Assembly: GCA_009780925.1 (NCBI GenBank)
Contig: WQZC01000001.1
Span: 1-42,521 of the forward strand
DNA length: 42,521 bases
Origin: Actinomycetes bacterium
Lineage (GTDB): Bacteria; Actinomycetota; Actinomycetes; Mycobacteriales; Jatrophihabitantaceae
Direction: 5' to 3'
Program-made: the position numbers and the translations under genes
The notes under the pieces: generated by a model
What the model was told of the DNA's origin: nothing
Seen by the model: only the letters and a program-made list of their open reading frames with translations
The model's database searches: none
Shown here: piece after piece, positions 25,051 through 33,560 of the stretch
Layout of the letters: the number at the start of each line of letters is the position of its first letter
How positions within the stretch are numbered: position 1 is the stretch's first letter

Positions 25051-27594
25051 ATGGACGAAGAGATGGGCGGCATCGTCGAGGAAGTGACCGGGTATCTGGG
25101 CGACTCGGTCAGCGTCCACCTAGTCGGGTTGCGGCAATCAGGGCGCAGCCGGGTCGCCCGCCTGGTGGCCGACCGGCTCCGCGAACGCGGCATGGCGGTC
25201 GTGGTGGTCAGCGGAGTGGCCGCGTTGCGCGATCACCCGCTAGCCGTGCTCGCCTTGGCCGGGGTCAACATCCCCTCGGGCGCGGCGGCGTCATCCATCT
25301 CGGGCGCGGTTTCGGCGCTGTCCAAGCTGCTCACCCCGAACCGGTCGGTGCTGGTCATCGACGACGCCGACGATCTTGACTCGGTCAGTTCCGGAGCGGT
25401 CGCCGCCGCCCACGCCCGCCAGCCGTTCCCGGTGCTATCGGTGACCCGGATGGCCGGTCGCGGCCAGCCGACCAGCCGCGCGCTGACCGCGGGGTTCCAA
25501 CCCGGGGTGCGCGTCACCCTCGACCCATTGACCTTCGACCAGTTGCACCGCGTGGTCCACCGAATGCTCCCCGGACCGGTCGATTCGGCGACCGTCGCCC
25601 GCATCGCAACGCTCTCCGGCGGCCTGCCGGGACTGGTGCGCGCCATCGTGGACACCGGGCGACGGGCCGAGACCATCGTCGAGGAGCACACCGTCTGGCG
25701 GGCCAGGGGCGACCTGTGGAACGGCCGGCTCGCCCAAGCGGTGGAACCGCTGCTGGTGGATCTGACCGATGACGAGTTGGACGCGCTGACCCGCCTGGCG
25801 CTCACCGGCACCGTGACCGCGCCCGAAGCGCAGCACGTCGTCGCCGACCAGCTGTTCGCCCGCCTGGACCAGCTCGGGCTGCTCCAAGTCGCGCAGACCC
25901 CCACCGGCCCGCTGGTGGGAGTCTTCCCGCCACTGGTCGCCGAATACCTGCGCCGCACCGGGGCGGCGATGTCCCGACTGGACGCCATGGGCGGCGTCGC
26001 GGCAGAGGCCAGCGGGTCATGGGGCGCGCTCACCCCGAGGCTCACCCTCACCAGTTCGCGCGCGGCGATCCTGAACATGCGGATCGTCGAGCACTGGCGG
26101 GTCGAAGTGGCCAATGCGCGCGCGAGTTGGCGCGCGGCGCCCAGCGCCGCCACGGCGGTGCCGCTGCTCAGCGCGCTCAACGCCGCGTCGGCCGAGGCGA
26201 GCGAGTTCGCCGCCGTGCTGGACGGCACCGTGCTGGACGATAATGACCCGCGCGCGAGCGTCCGCCTGGTCATCTGGCGCGCCGCGCTACAGGCGTTGGT
26301 CGCCGACGACATTGACGGCGCCTGCGAGCTGTTGGCCAAGCAACAGGTCCGATCGCCGGCGTTCGCGAGCCAACTGCGCGCCACCCAGGTTGGGTTGCGC
26401 CTGCTCGTCGGACCGATGCCGGACCTCGAGCTGCTGGCCCCCGCCGGTCCGGAGGAGGATCCGCTCGGCGCCGAGGCGCTGGCGACCATGCGAGTCGCCG
26501 TTCTGAACGCGCAAGGGCGGACCATCGACGCGCTGGCGGCGCTGCCCAGCTACGCCCCAACGTATCCCTACTACGTCGAGAACAACCGGATCAGCGTCGG
26601 ACTGGCGCGGGTGCTGCACGGTGATTTCGACGACGGGGTGGAATGGGCGCTGCGCGCGATGGCTGACGCCGAAGCCAAACTCAGTCTCGGGGAGATCCAC
26701 GCGCACGCCTATGTGGCCGCGCTCGGCCTGACCTTCGCCGGGCGCCTCGACGATCTGGACGCGTTGCTCGGGCCAGTGCTGACCCTGCGCGGCACCCGGT
26801 TGCTGTCCGAGCACTATCAAATCGGTCTGCTCGGCCTGGCGGCGCTGGCCGCGAGCTGGCGCGGCCGGCTGGACCAGGGCTGGTCGCTGTCGGTGCAGGC
26901 GGAGACCACCGGGCGCCGGGCCGGACCGTTCCCGGGGATGCTGCACGGGGTCACCCCAACGGTCTCCGATCCCGACCGCGACTGGGAGCAGATCGGCGCC
27001 CGGCTGTGGCGCGCCGTCGACGAGCGTCTCGCCAAGGGCTACGTCACCGCCGGCGTCGCGGTCGCGCTCACCGCGGTGGAGATCGCGCCGGACAGCGAGC
27101 GCGCCGCCGCGGTGGTCGAGTGCGCCCGCCGCGCGCAGAGCCCGTTCCTCGCCGCGTTGGGCGAGTACATCGCGGCGACGGCGGCCGGCGACCCGGACGC
27201 GCTCAAGGAATGCTTCGCCGACCTGTGGAGCCGCGGCGCCCGGCTGCACGCGATCAAAGCCGCGGTGACCTGCGCGCTGGTGCTGCGCGCGAGCGGCGAC
27301 ATCCCCGCCTCGGTGCGGCAAGCCGAACAGGCCTGGGGCCGGTTGGCCGAGCTGGACCACGGCTGCCACGGGCTGTTCTTCCGCTTGGGCGATGCTGTCG
27401 GGCTCAGCACCCGCGAACGCGAGATCGCGGTGATGCTCGGCGACGGCATGACCGTGCCGGCGATCGCCTCGGTGCTCAGCCTGTCCGCGCGAACGGTGGA
27501 GAACTACCTGTTCAGCGGATGCCGGAAACTGGGCGTGGAGGGACGCGACGACCTGGTGCGCGCGGTGGCCACCTGGGCCGCGCTGGGCGCCTGA
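25051..27594 (+). CDS. Large LuxR-family (LAL/MalT-like) transcriptional regulator
   Basis: The C-terminal HTH is LSTREREIAVMLGDGMTVPAIASVLSLSARTVENYLFSGCRKLGV. The N-terminal P-loop-like motif VHLVGLRQSGRS is degenerate (K to R). The middle region is long and helical. I chose the ATG at 25051 because the upstream in-frame stretch (24946..25050) is AT-rich and uses tta/att/cta codons. A TANNNT hexamer (tacggt, 25039..25044) sits 6 nt upstream, which would fit a leaderless transcript. Confidence 0.8.
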   Translation: MDEEMGGIVEEVTGYLGDSVSVHLVGLRQSGRSRVARLVADRLRERGMAVVVVSGVAALRDHPLAVLALAGVNIPSGAAASSISGAVSALSKLLTPNRSVLVIDDADDLDSVSSGAVAAAHARQPFPVLSVTRMAGRGQPTSRALTAGFQPGVRVTLDPLTFDQLHRVVHRMLPGPVDSATVARIATLSGGLPGLVRAIVDTGRRAETIVEEHTVWRARGDLWNGRLAQAVEPLLVDLTDDELDALTRLALTGTVTAPEAQHVVADQLFARLDQLGLLQVAQTPTGPLVGVFPPLVAEYLRRTGAAMSRLDAMGGVAAEASGSWGALTPRLTLTSSRAAILNMRIVEHWRVEVANARASWRAAPSAATAVPLLSALNAASAEASEFAAVLDGTVLDDNDPRASVRLVIWRAALQALVADDIDGACELLAKQQVRSPAFASQLRATQVGLRLLVGPMPDLELLAPAGPEEDPLGAEALATMRVAVLNAQGRTIDALAALPSYAPTYPYYVENNRISVGLARVLHGDFDDGVEWALRAMADAEAKLSLGEIHAHAYVAALGLTFAGRLDDLDALLGPVLTLRGTRLLSEHYQIGLLGLAALAASWRGRLDQGWSLSVQAETTGRRAGPFPGMLHGVTPTVSDPDRDWEQIGARLWRAVDERLAKGYVTAGVAVALTAVEIAPDSERAAAVVECARRAQSPFLAALGEYIAATAAGDPDALKECFADLWSRGARLHAIKAAVTCALVLRASGDIPASVRQAEQAWGRLAELDHGCHGLFFRLGDAVGLSTREREIAVMLGDGMTVPAIASVLSLSARTVENYLFSGCRKLGVEGRDDLVRAVATWAALGA

Positions 27595-27714
27595 CCGCTG
27601 GGTCGGCGGATCCCCGAGCGGACGGCATCCGGTCGGCCCACCCGGGGTCGAACGCACCCGGGTTTCAGCCCGCCGGGAGTTGGTCAGACCCTGGACTTGA
27701 TTAGGCTCGGTGTC

Positions 27715-28737
27715 ATGCGCATCGGGGTTCTCACCGGCGGGGGCGACTGCCCAGGGCTCAACGCGATCATCCGCGCGGTGGTCAAACGGGGCCGCACCCA
27801 ACTCGGGCACTCCATGGTCGGCTTCAAACACGGCTGGCGCGGCGTGGTCGACGGCATCACGGTCGACCTGAGCCGGGAGGACGTGCGCAACATCCTCCCG
27901 CTCGGCGGCACTATCCTCGGCACCGCGCGATTCCACCCGAACGAGAAGAACGACGGGCTGGCGGCAGTGCACGAGACGCTGCGGCAGGAGCACGTCGAGG
28001 GCCTGATCTGCATCGGCGGGGACGGCACCCTGGCCGCGGCCGGCGCGGTCGCCGAGTCCGGGGTCCGGGTCGTGTGCGTGCCCAAGACCATCGACAACGA
28101 CGTGTGGGGAACCGACCGCTCGGTCGGCTTCGACACCGCAGTGGAGATCGCCACCGAGGCGATCGACCGCGTGCACACCACCGCTGAGTCGCATGACCGA
28201 GTGATGGTGGTCGAGGTGATGGGCCACCACGCGGGCTGGATCGCCAGCTGCGCTGGGATCGCCGGCGGCGCGGAAGTGATCATGATCCCCGAGGAGCCGT
28301 TCGACATCGAAGAAGTGGCCTCGTATCTGCGCCACCGGCACCGCAGCTACGCCACCAGCTCGATCGTGGTGGTGGCCGAGGGGGCCACGCCGAAGAATGG
28401 CACCCTGGATTGGGTGGCGCCGGTCGGCGAACACGACGCGCTGGTGCCCGGCGCGATCGGGGAACGGGTCAAGCAGGAGCTGGAGCAGCGCACCGGGTTC
28501 GAGACCCGGGTTACCGTGCTGGGCCATGTGCAGCGCGGCGGCACCCCGTCGGCGGCCGATCGACTGCTGGGCAGCCGGTTCGGAGTCGCCGCCATCAACG
28601 CGATGGACGCGGGCCGAAGCGGTGTGATGACCGCGCTGCGCGGCGACCAGGTGGAGCTGGTGGACATCGCCGACGTCGCCGGCAAGCTCAAGACCATCCC
28701 ACCCGAGTATCGCGCGGTCACCAACGCATTGACCTGA
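27715..28737 (+). CDS. pfkA: ATP-dependent 6-phosphofructokinase
   Basis: MRIGVLTGGGDCPGLNAIIRAVV...PKTIDNDV...MGHHAGWIA...VLGHVQRGGTP is near-colinear with actinobacterial PfkA as I recall it. Confidence 0.93.
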   Translation: MRIGVLTGGGDCPGLNAIIRAVVKRGRTQLGHSMVGFKHGWRGVVDGITVDLSREDVRNILPLGGTILGTARFHPNEKNDGLAAVHETLRQEHVEGLICIGGDGTLAAAGAVAESGVRVVCVPKTIDNDVWGTDRSVGFDTAVEIATEAIDRVHTTAESHDRVMVVEVMGHHAGWIASCAGIAGGAEVIMIPEEPFDIEEVASYLRHRHRSYATSSIVVVAEGATPKNGTLDWVAPVGEHDALVPGAIGERVKQELEQRTGFETRVTVLGHVQRGGTPSAADRLLGSRFGVAAINAMDAGRSGVMTALRGDQVELVDIADVAGKLKTIPPEYRAVTNALT

Positions 28738-28841
28738 GCACCACCAAGTCCTCGGTCGCGCCGCGAGGGCACCGGAAGGCGCGCTGCGGCCGGTCGGAGC
28801 GGCGCCGTCTCGGAGCTGTGCCGTCGCCGACGCGGCGGCGG

Positions 28842-29645
28842 TCAGTCCCCCGCGCGCGGCGTGGGCGCGACCTCGGCCCAGTCGGGCTGTTTGGCGACGC
28901 GGCCGTCGCCGGAGGATCGGCCGGTTAGCCGCCGGCCGATCCACGGGCCGACGTAGCCGCGGTAATAGGCCCAGCCCCGGGTCGCCGGCGCGGGCTGGTT
29001 CGAGCCGCGCCCGCTCGGCGCGCGTTCGGCTGGCCAGTCCCACCATCCGGCTGGCACCGGCAGGCCCATCCGGTCCAGCAGCCGGGCGGCGACCCGGTGA
29101 TGGCCGCAGGCGTTCAGATGCAGCCGGTCCGTGGACCAGAACCGCGCGCCAGCCAGCGTCGGATCATCCCAGTTGATGGCCAACAGCACGTTCTGTTGGC
29201 CGCCGAGCCGGCGCTCGACCGCGCGGCAGAGCCGGTCGCCGCGCCGACGGAACACCGCCCCCAGCGGCAGCTGTTTCGAGGGGTTGGCACCGGTGGGCAC
29301 GATCAGTCGCACCCCCCGCGCGGCGCACCGGGCGCCGACCTCGGCGTAGCGACCGGCGACCCGCTCCACGTCCACCCGTGGTCGAAGCATGTCGTTGCCG
29401 CCGCCGTTGAACGACAGGTGCGTGGGCTGGAGGGCGAGCGCGGTGTCCAACTGCTCGTCGATGATCGGGTCGAGCAGCCGGCCGCGCACCGCCAGGTTCG
29501 CGTACTCGATCGGCTCCCCGCGCGCGTCCGCCCAGCCTTGGGCGAGCAGGTCCGCCCAGCCGCGCTGCGCGCCGGACGGCAGGTCGTCGCCGACCCCCTC
29601 AGTGAACGAATCCCCGATCGCCACGTATCGAACCGAGCGTGTCAC
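28842..29645 (-). CDS. SGNH/GDSL hydrolase family protein
   Basis: Block I is VAIGDSFTEGVGD, followed by FNGGGNDMLRP (block II/III) and a C-terminal DRLHLN-type block. It has a GTG start. Confidence 0.8.
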   Translation of the reverse strand: MTRSVRYVAIGDSFTEGVGDDLPSGAQRGWADLLAQGWADARGEPIEYANLAVRGRLLDPIIDEQLDTALALQPTHLSFNGGGNDMLRPRVDVERVAGRYAEVGARCAARGVRLIVPTGANPSKQLPLGAVFRRRGDRLCRAVERRLGGQQNVLLAINWDDPTLAGARFWSTDRLHLNACGHHRVAARLLDRMGLPVPAGWWDWPAERAPSGRGSNQPAPATRGWAYYRGYVGPWIGRRLTGRSSGDGRVAKQPDWAEVAPTPRAGD

Positions 29646-29795
29646 CCGCTATCCCCCGTCCGCTCAACGGTCTCCCGATGCCACAGCTCCATTGTGCCGG
29701 TTCGCCGCGACAACCGCCGCGCCACGGCTCCAGCGCCCGCGTCCGGGTGCCTGCGGCACGGAGGGCAGCGCGAATCGGGCGATAGCATTCCGCGA

Positions 29796-30596
29796 ATGAC
29801 CATCAACGTGAGCGTCGCGGGCGCGACGGGCTGGACCGGCCGCGCCATCGCTGAGGCCGTGCTGGCCGCCGACGACCTCAACCTGTGCAGCGCGGTCAGC
29901 CGCTCATCCGCCGGACGGGACCTCGGCGCCGCCTGGGGCGCGGAGCCACTCGGCGTCCCGGTGTTCGGTCGCGTCGCGGAGGCGCTCACCGGGGTCGACG
30001 TCCTGGTCGACTACACCTCGGATGAGGTGGTGCTCAGCAACGCGCTGGCGGCGATCGCGCGAAACGTGTGCGTCGTGATCGGGACGTCTGGACTCACCGC
30101 CGCCGACTTCGCCGTCATCGAACAGGCGGCGGTCGAAGCCGGAGTGGGCGTCGTCGCGGCGGGAAACTTCTCGCTCACCGCGGCGATGGCCCAGGCGGCG
30201 GCGCTGCTCGTGGCGCGGCACCTGCCGCACCGGGAAATAATCGACTACGCCGCAGCGGGCAAGCCGGACGCGCCCAGCGGCACCTCCCGGGAACTGGCCG
30301 AACGCCTGGCCGCGGTCCGGCTCAACCAGGTGGAACTGCCGCCGGAACAGACTCGCGGACGCGCCGAGGCGCGCGGCACAACGGTCGCCGGGACTCAGAT
30401 CCATTCGGTTCGGCTGCCCAGCTTCGTGGTGTCCACCGAGGTCCTGTTCGCGCTCCCGGATGAGCGGCTGTCCATCCGGCACGACGCGGGCGGCAGCACC
30501 GCCCCGTACGTCGCCGGGACATTGCTGGCCGTTCGGGCGGTGACCGGGCGCCCCGGCCTCATTCGCGGACTGGACACCTTGCTGCTCGCGGGCTGA
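29796..30596 (+). CDS. Dihydrodipicolinate reductase (DapB)-family protein lacking the catalytic HH motif
   Basis: The Rossmann N-terminus is VSVAGATGWTGRAI, followed by VIGTSGL and AAGNFSL. DYAAAGKPDAPSGTS occupies the position where DapB has E(A/L)HHxxKxDAPSGTA. Confidence 0.7.
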   Translation: MTINVSVAGATGWTGRAIAEAVLAADDLNLCSAVSRSSAGRDLGAAWGAEPLGVPVFGRVAEALTGVDVLVDYTSDEVVLSNALAAIARNVCVVIGTSGLTAADFAVIEQAAVEAGVGVVAAGNFSLTAAMAQAAALLVARHLPHREIIDYAAAGKPDAPSGTSRELAERLAAVRLNQVELPPEQTRGRAEARGTTVAGTQIHSVRLPSFVVSTEVLFALPDERLSIRHDAGGSTAPYVAGTLLAVRAVTGRPGLIRGLDTLLLAG

Positions 30597-30614
30597 GCGC
30601 TCCCGGGGCGTCGC

Positions 30615-30679
30615 GCGCGAGCGGGTCGGTGGGCGCGAGCGGGTCGGTGGGCGCGAGCGGGTCGGTGGGCGCGAGCGGG
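30615..30679. repeat. 18-bp tandem repeat (gcgcgagcgggtcggtgg) x ~3.6 between convergent genes
   Basis: Read directly. There are three perfect units (30615, 30633, 30651) plus an 11-nt partial unit. Confidence 0.9.
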
Positions 30680-30707
30680 CCAGCCGCCGCGCCTCCGGAT
30701 CAACTGA

Positions 30708-31463
30708 TCATCCGCGCGGGATTGGTTCGCCCGCTTCGCCGCGCGCCCGGTACCGGTCCAGGCTGACGAAATCGGCGACATCGCGGCGCACCCGTTCCCG
30801 GGGCCGCTGCGGTTGCTCGGCGAGCGCCGGGTAGCCGAGGCGGACGCTCAGCGCGACCGCGAGGCGCTCGGGAATCCCGAGGGTCTTCTTGACCTCGCTG
30901 GCCAGCGGCTCGTTCGCCAGCGAGCTGATGATGTGGAATCCGACGCCCCGAGCGGTGGCCATCAGCCACATGTTCTCCAGCACGCAGCCAAGGCTCATGG
31001 CGCCCAGGAAATCTCCCTCCGAGGCCGGCGCCCGGCGCGCCGGGTCGTACAGGACGACCGCCAGCGCCGGGCCGCGGCGCACCTGCTCACCCAGTTTCGC
31101 GGGTGGCTCGGCCGGCAGCCGACCCGCCTGCGCCTCGGTCGTCAGCCACTCCGGCGGGAACTGCGCCGCCAGCAGGCCGGTCTTCTTCGCCCGCAGCTCC
31201 GCGTCGGAGAAGGACAGCTGACGATAGTTCTCGCGCACGAAGACCGGAGACACCGACGACTCAAGCTCGCTCAACTCGCGCAGCACCGCTTTGTCTTGGA
31301 CCACGACGAGCTCGAAGTTCTGCATATTGTGCGCGGTGGGCGACCAGGCCGCCGCCTGAAGGATCTCATCCAACACCGCCGGGTCGATCGCCCGATTCTC
31401 ATTGAACGGTCCCCGGGCCGAGGCGCGCTCCCTGATGAGCGCCAAGACCTGCTGCGGATTCAT
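30708..31463 (-). CDS. Nitroreductase family protein
   Basis: MNPQQVLALIRERASARGPF...ILQAAAWSPTAHNMQNFELVVV is the typical nitroreductase N-terminal block. The ATG overlaps the SDR stop (ATGA at 31460..31463). Confidence 0.8.
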   Translation of the reverse strand: MNPQQVLALIRERASARGPFNENRAIDPAVLDEILQAAAWSPTAHNMQNFELVVVQDKAVLRELSELESSVSPVFVRENYRQLSFSDAELRAKKTGLLAAQFPPEWLTTEAQAGRLPAEPPAKLGEQVRRGPALAVVLYDPARRAPASEGDFLGAMSLGCVLENMWLMATARGVGFHIISSLANEPLASEVKKTLGIPERLAVALSVRLGYPALAEQPQRPRERVRRDVADFVSLDRYRARGEAGEPIPRG

Positions 31464-32176
31464 TTGTGCTCCGCCCATTTCATCGGCACCCTTATCTCGT
31501 CGACGTCTTGTTCCATCTGACCCAGCGCGGCGGCCACGAATTCATCCGCCGTCAGCATGTTCGGCGCGGTCACGAAGTTCCGTTTCCGGCGGCTGGCCAA
31601 GTTGAGCTCGGACTCCACCGCCGGCGGGATGATCTCGACAACCCGGACGCCGGCCGGCGCGAGCTGGATCCGTTGCGCGATGGCGAACGCGTGCACCGCC
31701 GCCTTGGTCGCGCAGTAGATCGGGCAGCGGGTCGCGCGCTCCACCATGAACGCCAGGCCGGAGGAGACATGCGCGATGGTGGCGTTGTCCTTGCCTCGCA
31801 ACAGGGGCAAGAACATCGCCGACAGCCAGATCGGCGCCTCCAGGTTGACCGCGATCTCCGAGTCGCCGTCGTCAAGCTCGGCCACGCCCTTGGTCAGGTC
31901 GATGTCGCGCTGCGCCCCGGCATTATTGATCAAGATGTTGACGTTCGGGAACCGCTCGCGGGTGAACTCGATCAGCCGCTCGCGTCCCACCGGGCTAGTC
32001 ACATCGCATTCCATGGTGTGCGCGCCGGGCAGCCGCTCGGCCGCCTGCGCCAACCGGTCGGCCCGCCGCCCACAAATCACCACGACGTTGTCGCGGGCCA
32101 AGAAATACTCGGCCATCGCGTAGCCGATCCCGGTCGCCCCACCGGTGATCACCACGGTGTTCCCGCTCATGCGCAT
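31460..32176 (-). CDS. Short-chain dehydrogenase/reductase (SDR)
   Basis: It has TGGATGIGYA (TGxxxGxG), NNAG, and a YCATK catalytic Tyr-x-x-x-Lys. The start is set at MRMSGNTVVITGG. Confidence 0.85.
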   Translation of the reverse strand: MRMSGNTVVITGGATGIGYAMAEYFLARDNVVVICGRRADRLAQAAERLPGAHTMECDVTSPVGRERLIEFTRERFPNVNILINNAGAQRDIDLTKGVAELDDGDSEIAVNLEAPIWLSAMFLPLLRGKDNATIAHVSSGLAFMVERATRCPIYCATKAAVHAFAIAQRIQLAPAGVRVVEIIPPAVESELNLASRRKRNFVTAPNMLTADEFVAAALGQMEQDVDEIRVPMKWAEHK

Positions 32177-32313
32177 CGCTATTCGCCCGCCTCTGTCTGG
32201 GTCGCGGCCAAACATGGGACTGGCCGCCATCGCGAGCATAGGCCCATCCGGTGCCAGCAGGACTTCCGAGAGTTGGGATCGCCCCGGCACGAGAAGCGGC
32301 GCGATGGTCAGGG

Positions 32314-33402
32314 TCAGGGAGTGGCGGCGAGCAACCAGCCCACGACATTGCGCTGACGCACCCCGTTCTGATCGAAAGACCCTTCGTCCCCGGTCAGCAG
32401 CAATCGCGGATAGTGGTCGGGAATCGCTCGCAGCGGCGCCAGCTCGCGTTCGAGAACGGATGGCTCAGCCACACTTCGCGCCACTTGGACGTAGGTCGGC
32501 CCGTCCGGCGATTCGGCGATGAAGTCCACCGCAGCGGTTCCGAGTTTGCCCACGCACACCTCGCGGAAGCGTCGGCGCAGCTCGAGATACACGATGTTCT
32601 CCAGCACGTGGCCGGTGTCGCGCCGCCGGTCGCCTAGCAACGCAGTCCGCAATCCCGGGTCAACCGCGTAGTACTTGGCGGTGTTCTCCAGCAAGCGCCT
32701 GCCACGGATGTCGTACCGGCGCGCCTCGTAGAGGACGAAACTCTCGGCGAGGGCGGTCAGATATCCAGTGACGGTCTCCGGAGCGACCCGCCGTCCGGTC
32801 GACACGAGCGTGTCGGCGATCCGCTTCGGCGTGGTCAGATTGCCAACATTGTCGAGCATGAACGCGACCACGTCGCGCAGCGTGTCGGCTCGCGCGATCT
32901 TGCGACGCGCGACGACGTCTTTCAACAAGACGGTGTTCAAGATCCCGAGCAGGTGGTCGCGAACCAGGTCCAGATCGGGTTGTAGCGCGGTCGCGTAGGG
33001 GAACGCTCCGAACCGGGCGTAGTCGACGAACAGCTGCCGCGCCAGGGCCCGGCGCAAAATGGCATCATCGCCCAGATCGGGACGCCGAGCGGTGACGTAT
33101 TCCCGGAACGACAGTGGCAGCAGCGGGATCTCCACATACCGGCCAGACAGCAGCGTGGCCAGCTCGCCGGACAGCAAGCGGGCGTTCGATCCGGTCACGT
33201 ATAGGTCGACATCAGCGCGCAGGTGCAGCCCGTCAACGGCGCGCTCGAAGCCGTCGATCTCTTGCGCCTCGTCGACGAACACGTAGTTGATGGCGTCCGG
33301 TCTCAACCGCGCCACCACGTCGCGGTACAGGCTCAACTGGTCCGGGGTGCGGTCAAGCTGCTCAGCCGCTCCACATCCGCGGGACGGTCGACCAGCACCC
33401 AT
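32314..33402 (-). CDS. AAA_14/DUF4143-family ATPase-like protein, apparently N-terminally truncated (no Walker A)
   Basis: It has FVDEAQEIDGFERAV (Walker B region), LYVTGSNARLLSGELATLLSGRYVEIPLLPLSFREY, and a C-terminal DUF4143-like part. The ORF opens only 6 codons upstream of its ATG (in-frame TGA), and the expected G.R..GKT P-loop ~45 aa upstream of DEAQ is absent. Confidence 0.6.
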   Translation of the reverse strand: MGAGRPSRGCGAAEQLDRTPDQLSLYRDVVARLRPDAINYVFVDEAQEIDGFERAVDGLHLRADVDLYVTGSNARLLSGELATLLSGRYVEIPLLPLSFREYVTARRPDLGDDAILRRALARQLFVDYARFGAFPYATALQPDLDLVRDHLLGILNTVLLKDVVARRKIARADTLRDVVAFMLDNVGNLTTPKRIADTLVSTGRRVAPETVTGYLTALAESFVLYEARRYDIRGRRLLENTAKYYAVDPGLRTALLGDRRRDTGHVLENIVYLELRRRFREVCVGKLGTAAVDFIAESPDGPTYVQVARSVAEPSVLERELAPLRAIPDHYPRLLLTGDEGSFDQNGVRQRNVVGWLLAATP

Positions 33403-33416
33403 GATCCTCTCAATGA

Positions 33417-33474
33417 TTCAGATAGAACTGAAACATCGCTGATTGCAGCTCACATTTTCAGGTACATCTGAAAC
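33417..33474. promoter_or_regulatory. Two operator-like sites TTCAG-N6-CTGAAAC spaced 40 bp apart in an AT-rich island
   Basis: The sites are ttcagatagaactgaaac (33417..33434) and ttcaggtacatctgaaac (33457..33474). Each is an internal inverted repeat (TTCAG/CTGAA). The surrounding ~90 bp are visibly far below the window's GC content. Confidence 0.35.
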
Positions 33475-33560
33475 TGATCAAACGCGAATCGCTCACGTCA
33501 CGTTCGCCGCGGAAAGAGTGTCGCCAACCCGACGCGCGCACAACGCTGGTCGCTGGGTTC

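Noticed and set aside
26287-29046. 919-aa minus-strand ORF antisense to the LuxR and pfkA genes. Similar long shadow ORFs are 2290..3444 -, 12428..14605 +, 17054..18199 -, 18626..19843 -, 34230..36368 +, 36438..38600 +, 38543..40000 + and 40211..42407 -.
   Set aside because: They are typical high-GC antisense or off-frame shadows. Their composition is extremely Arg/Gly/Pro/His/Asp-rich and they have no motifs. Each overlaps a gene with strong family signatures on the other strand or frame.
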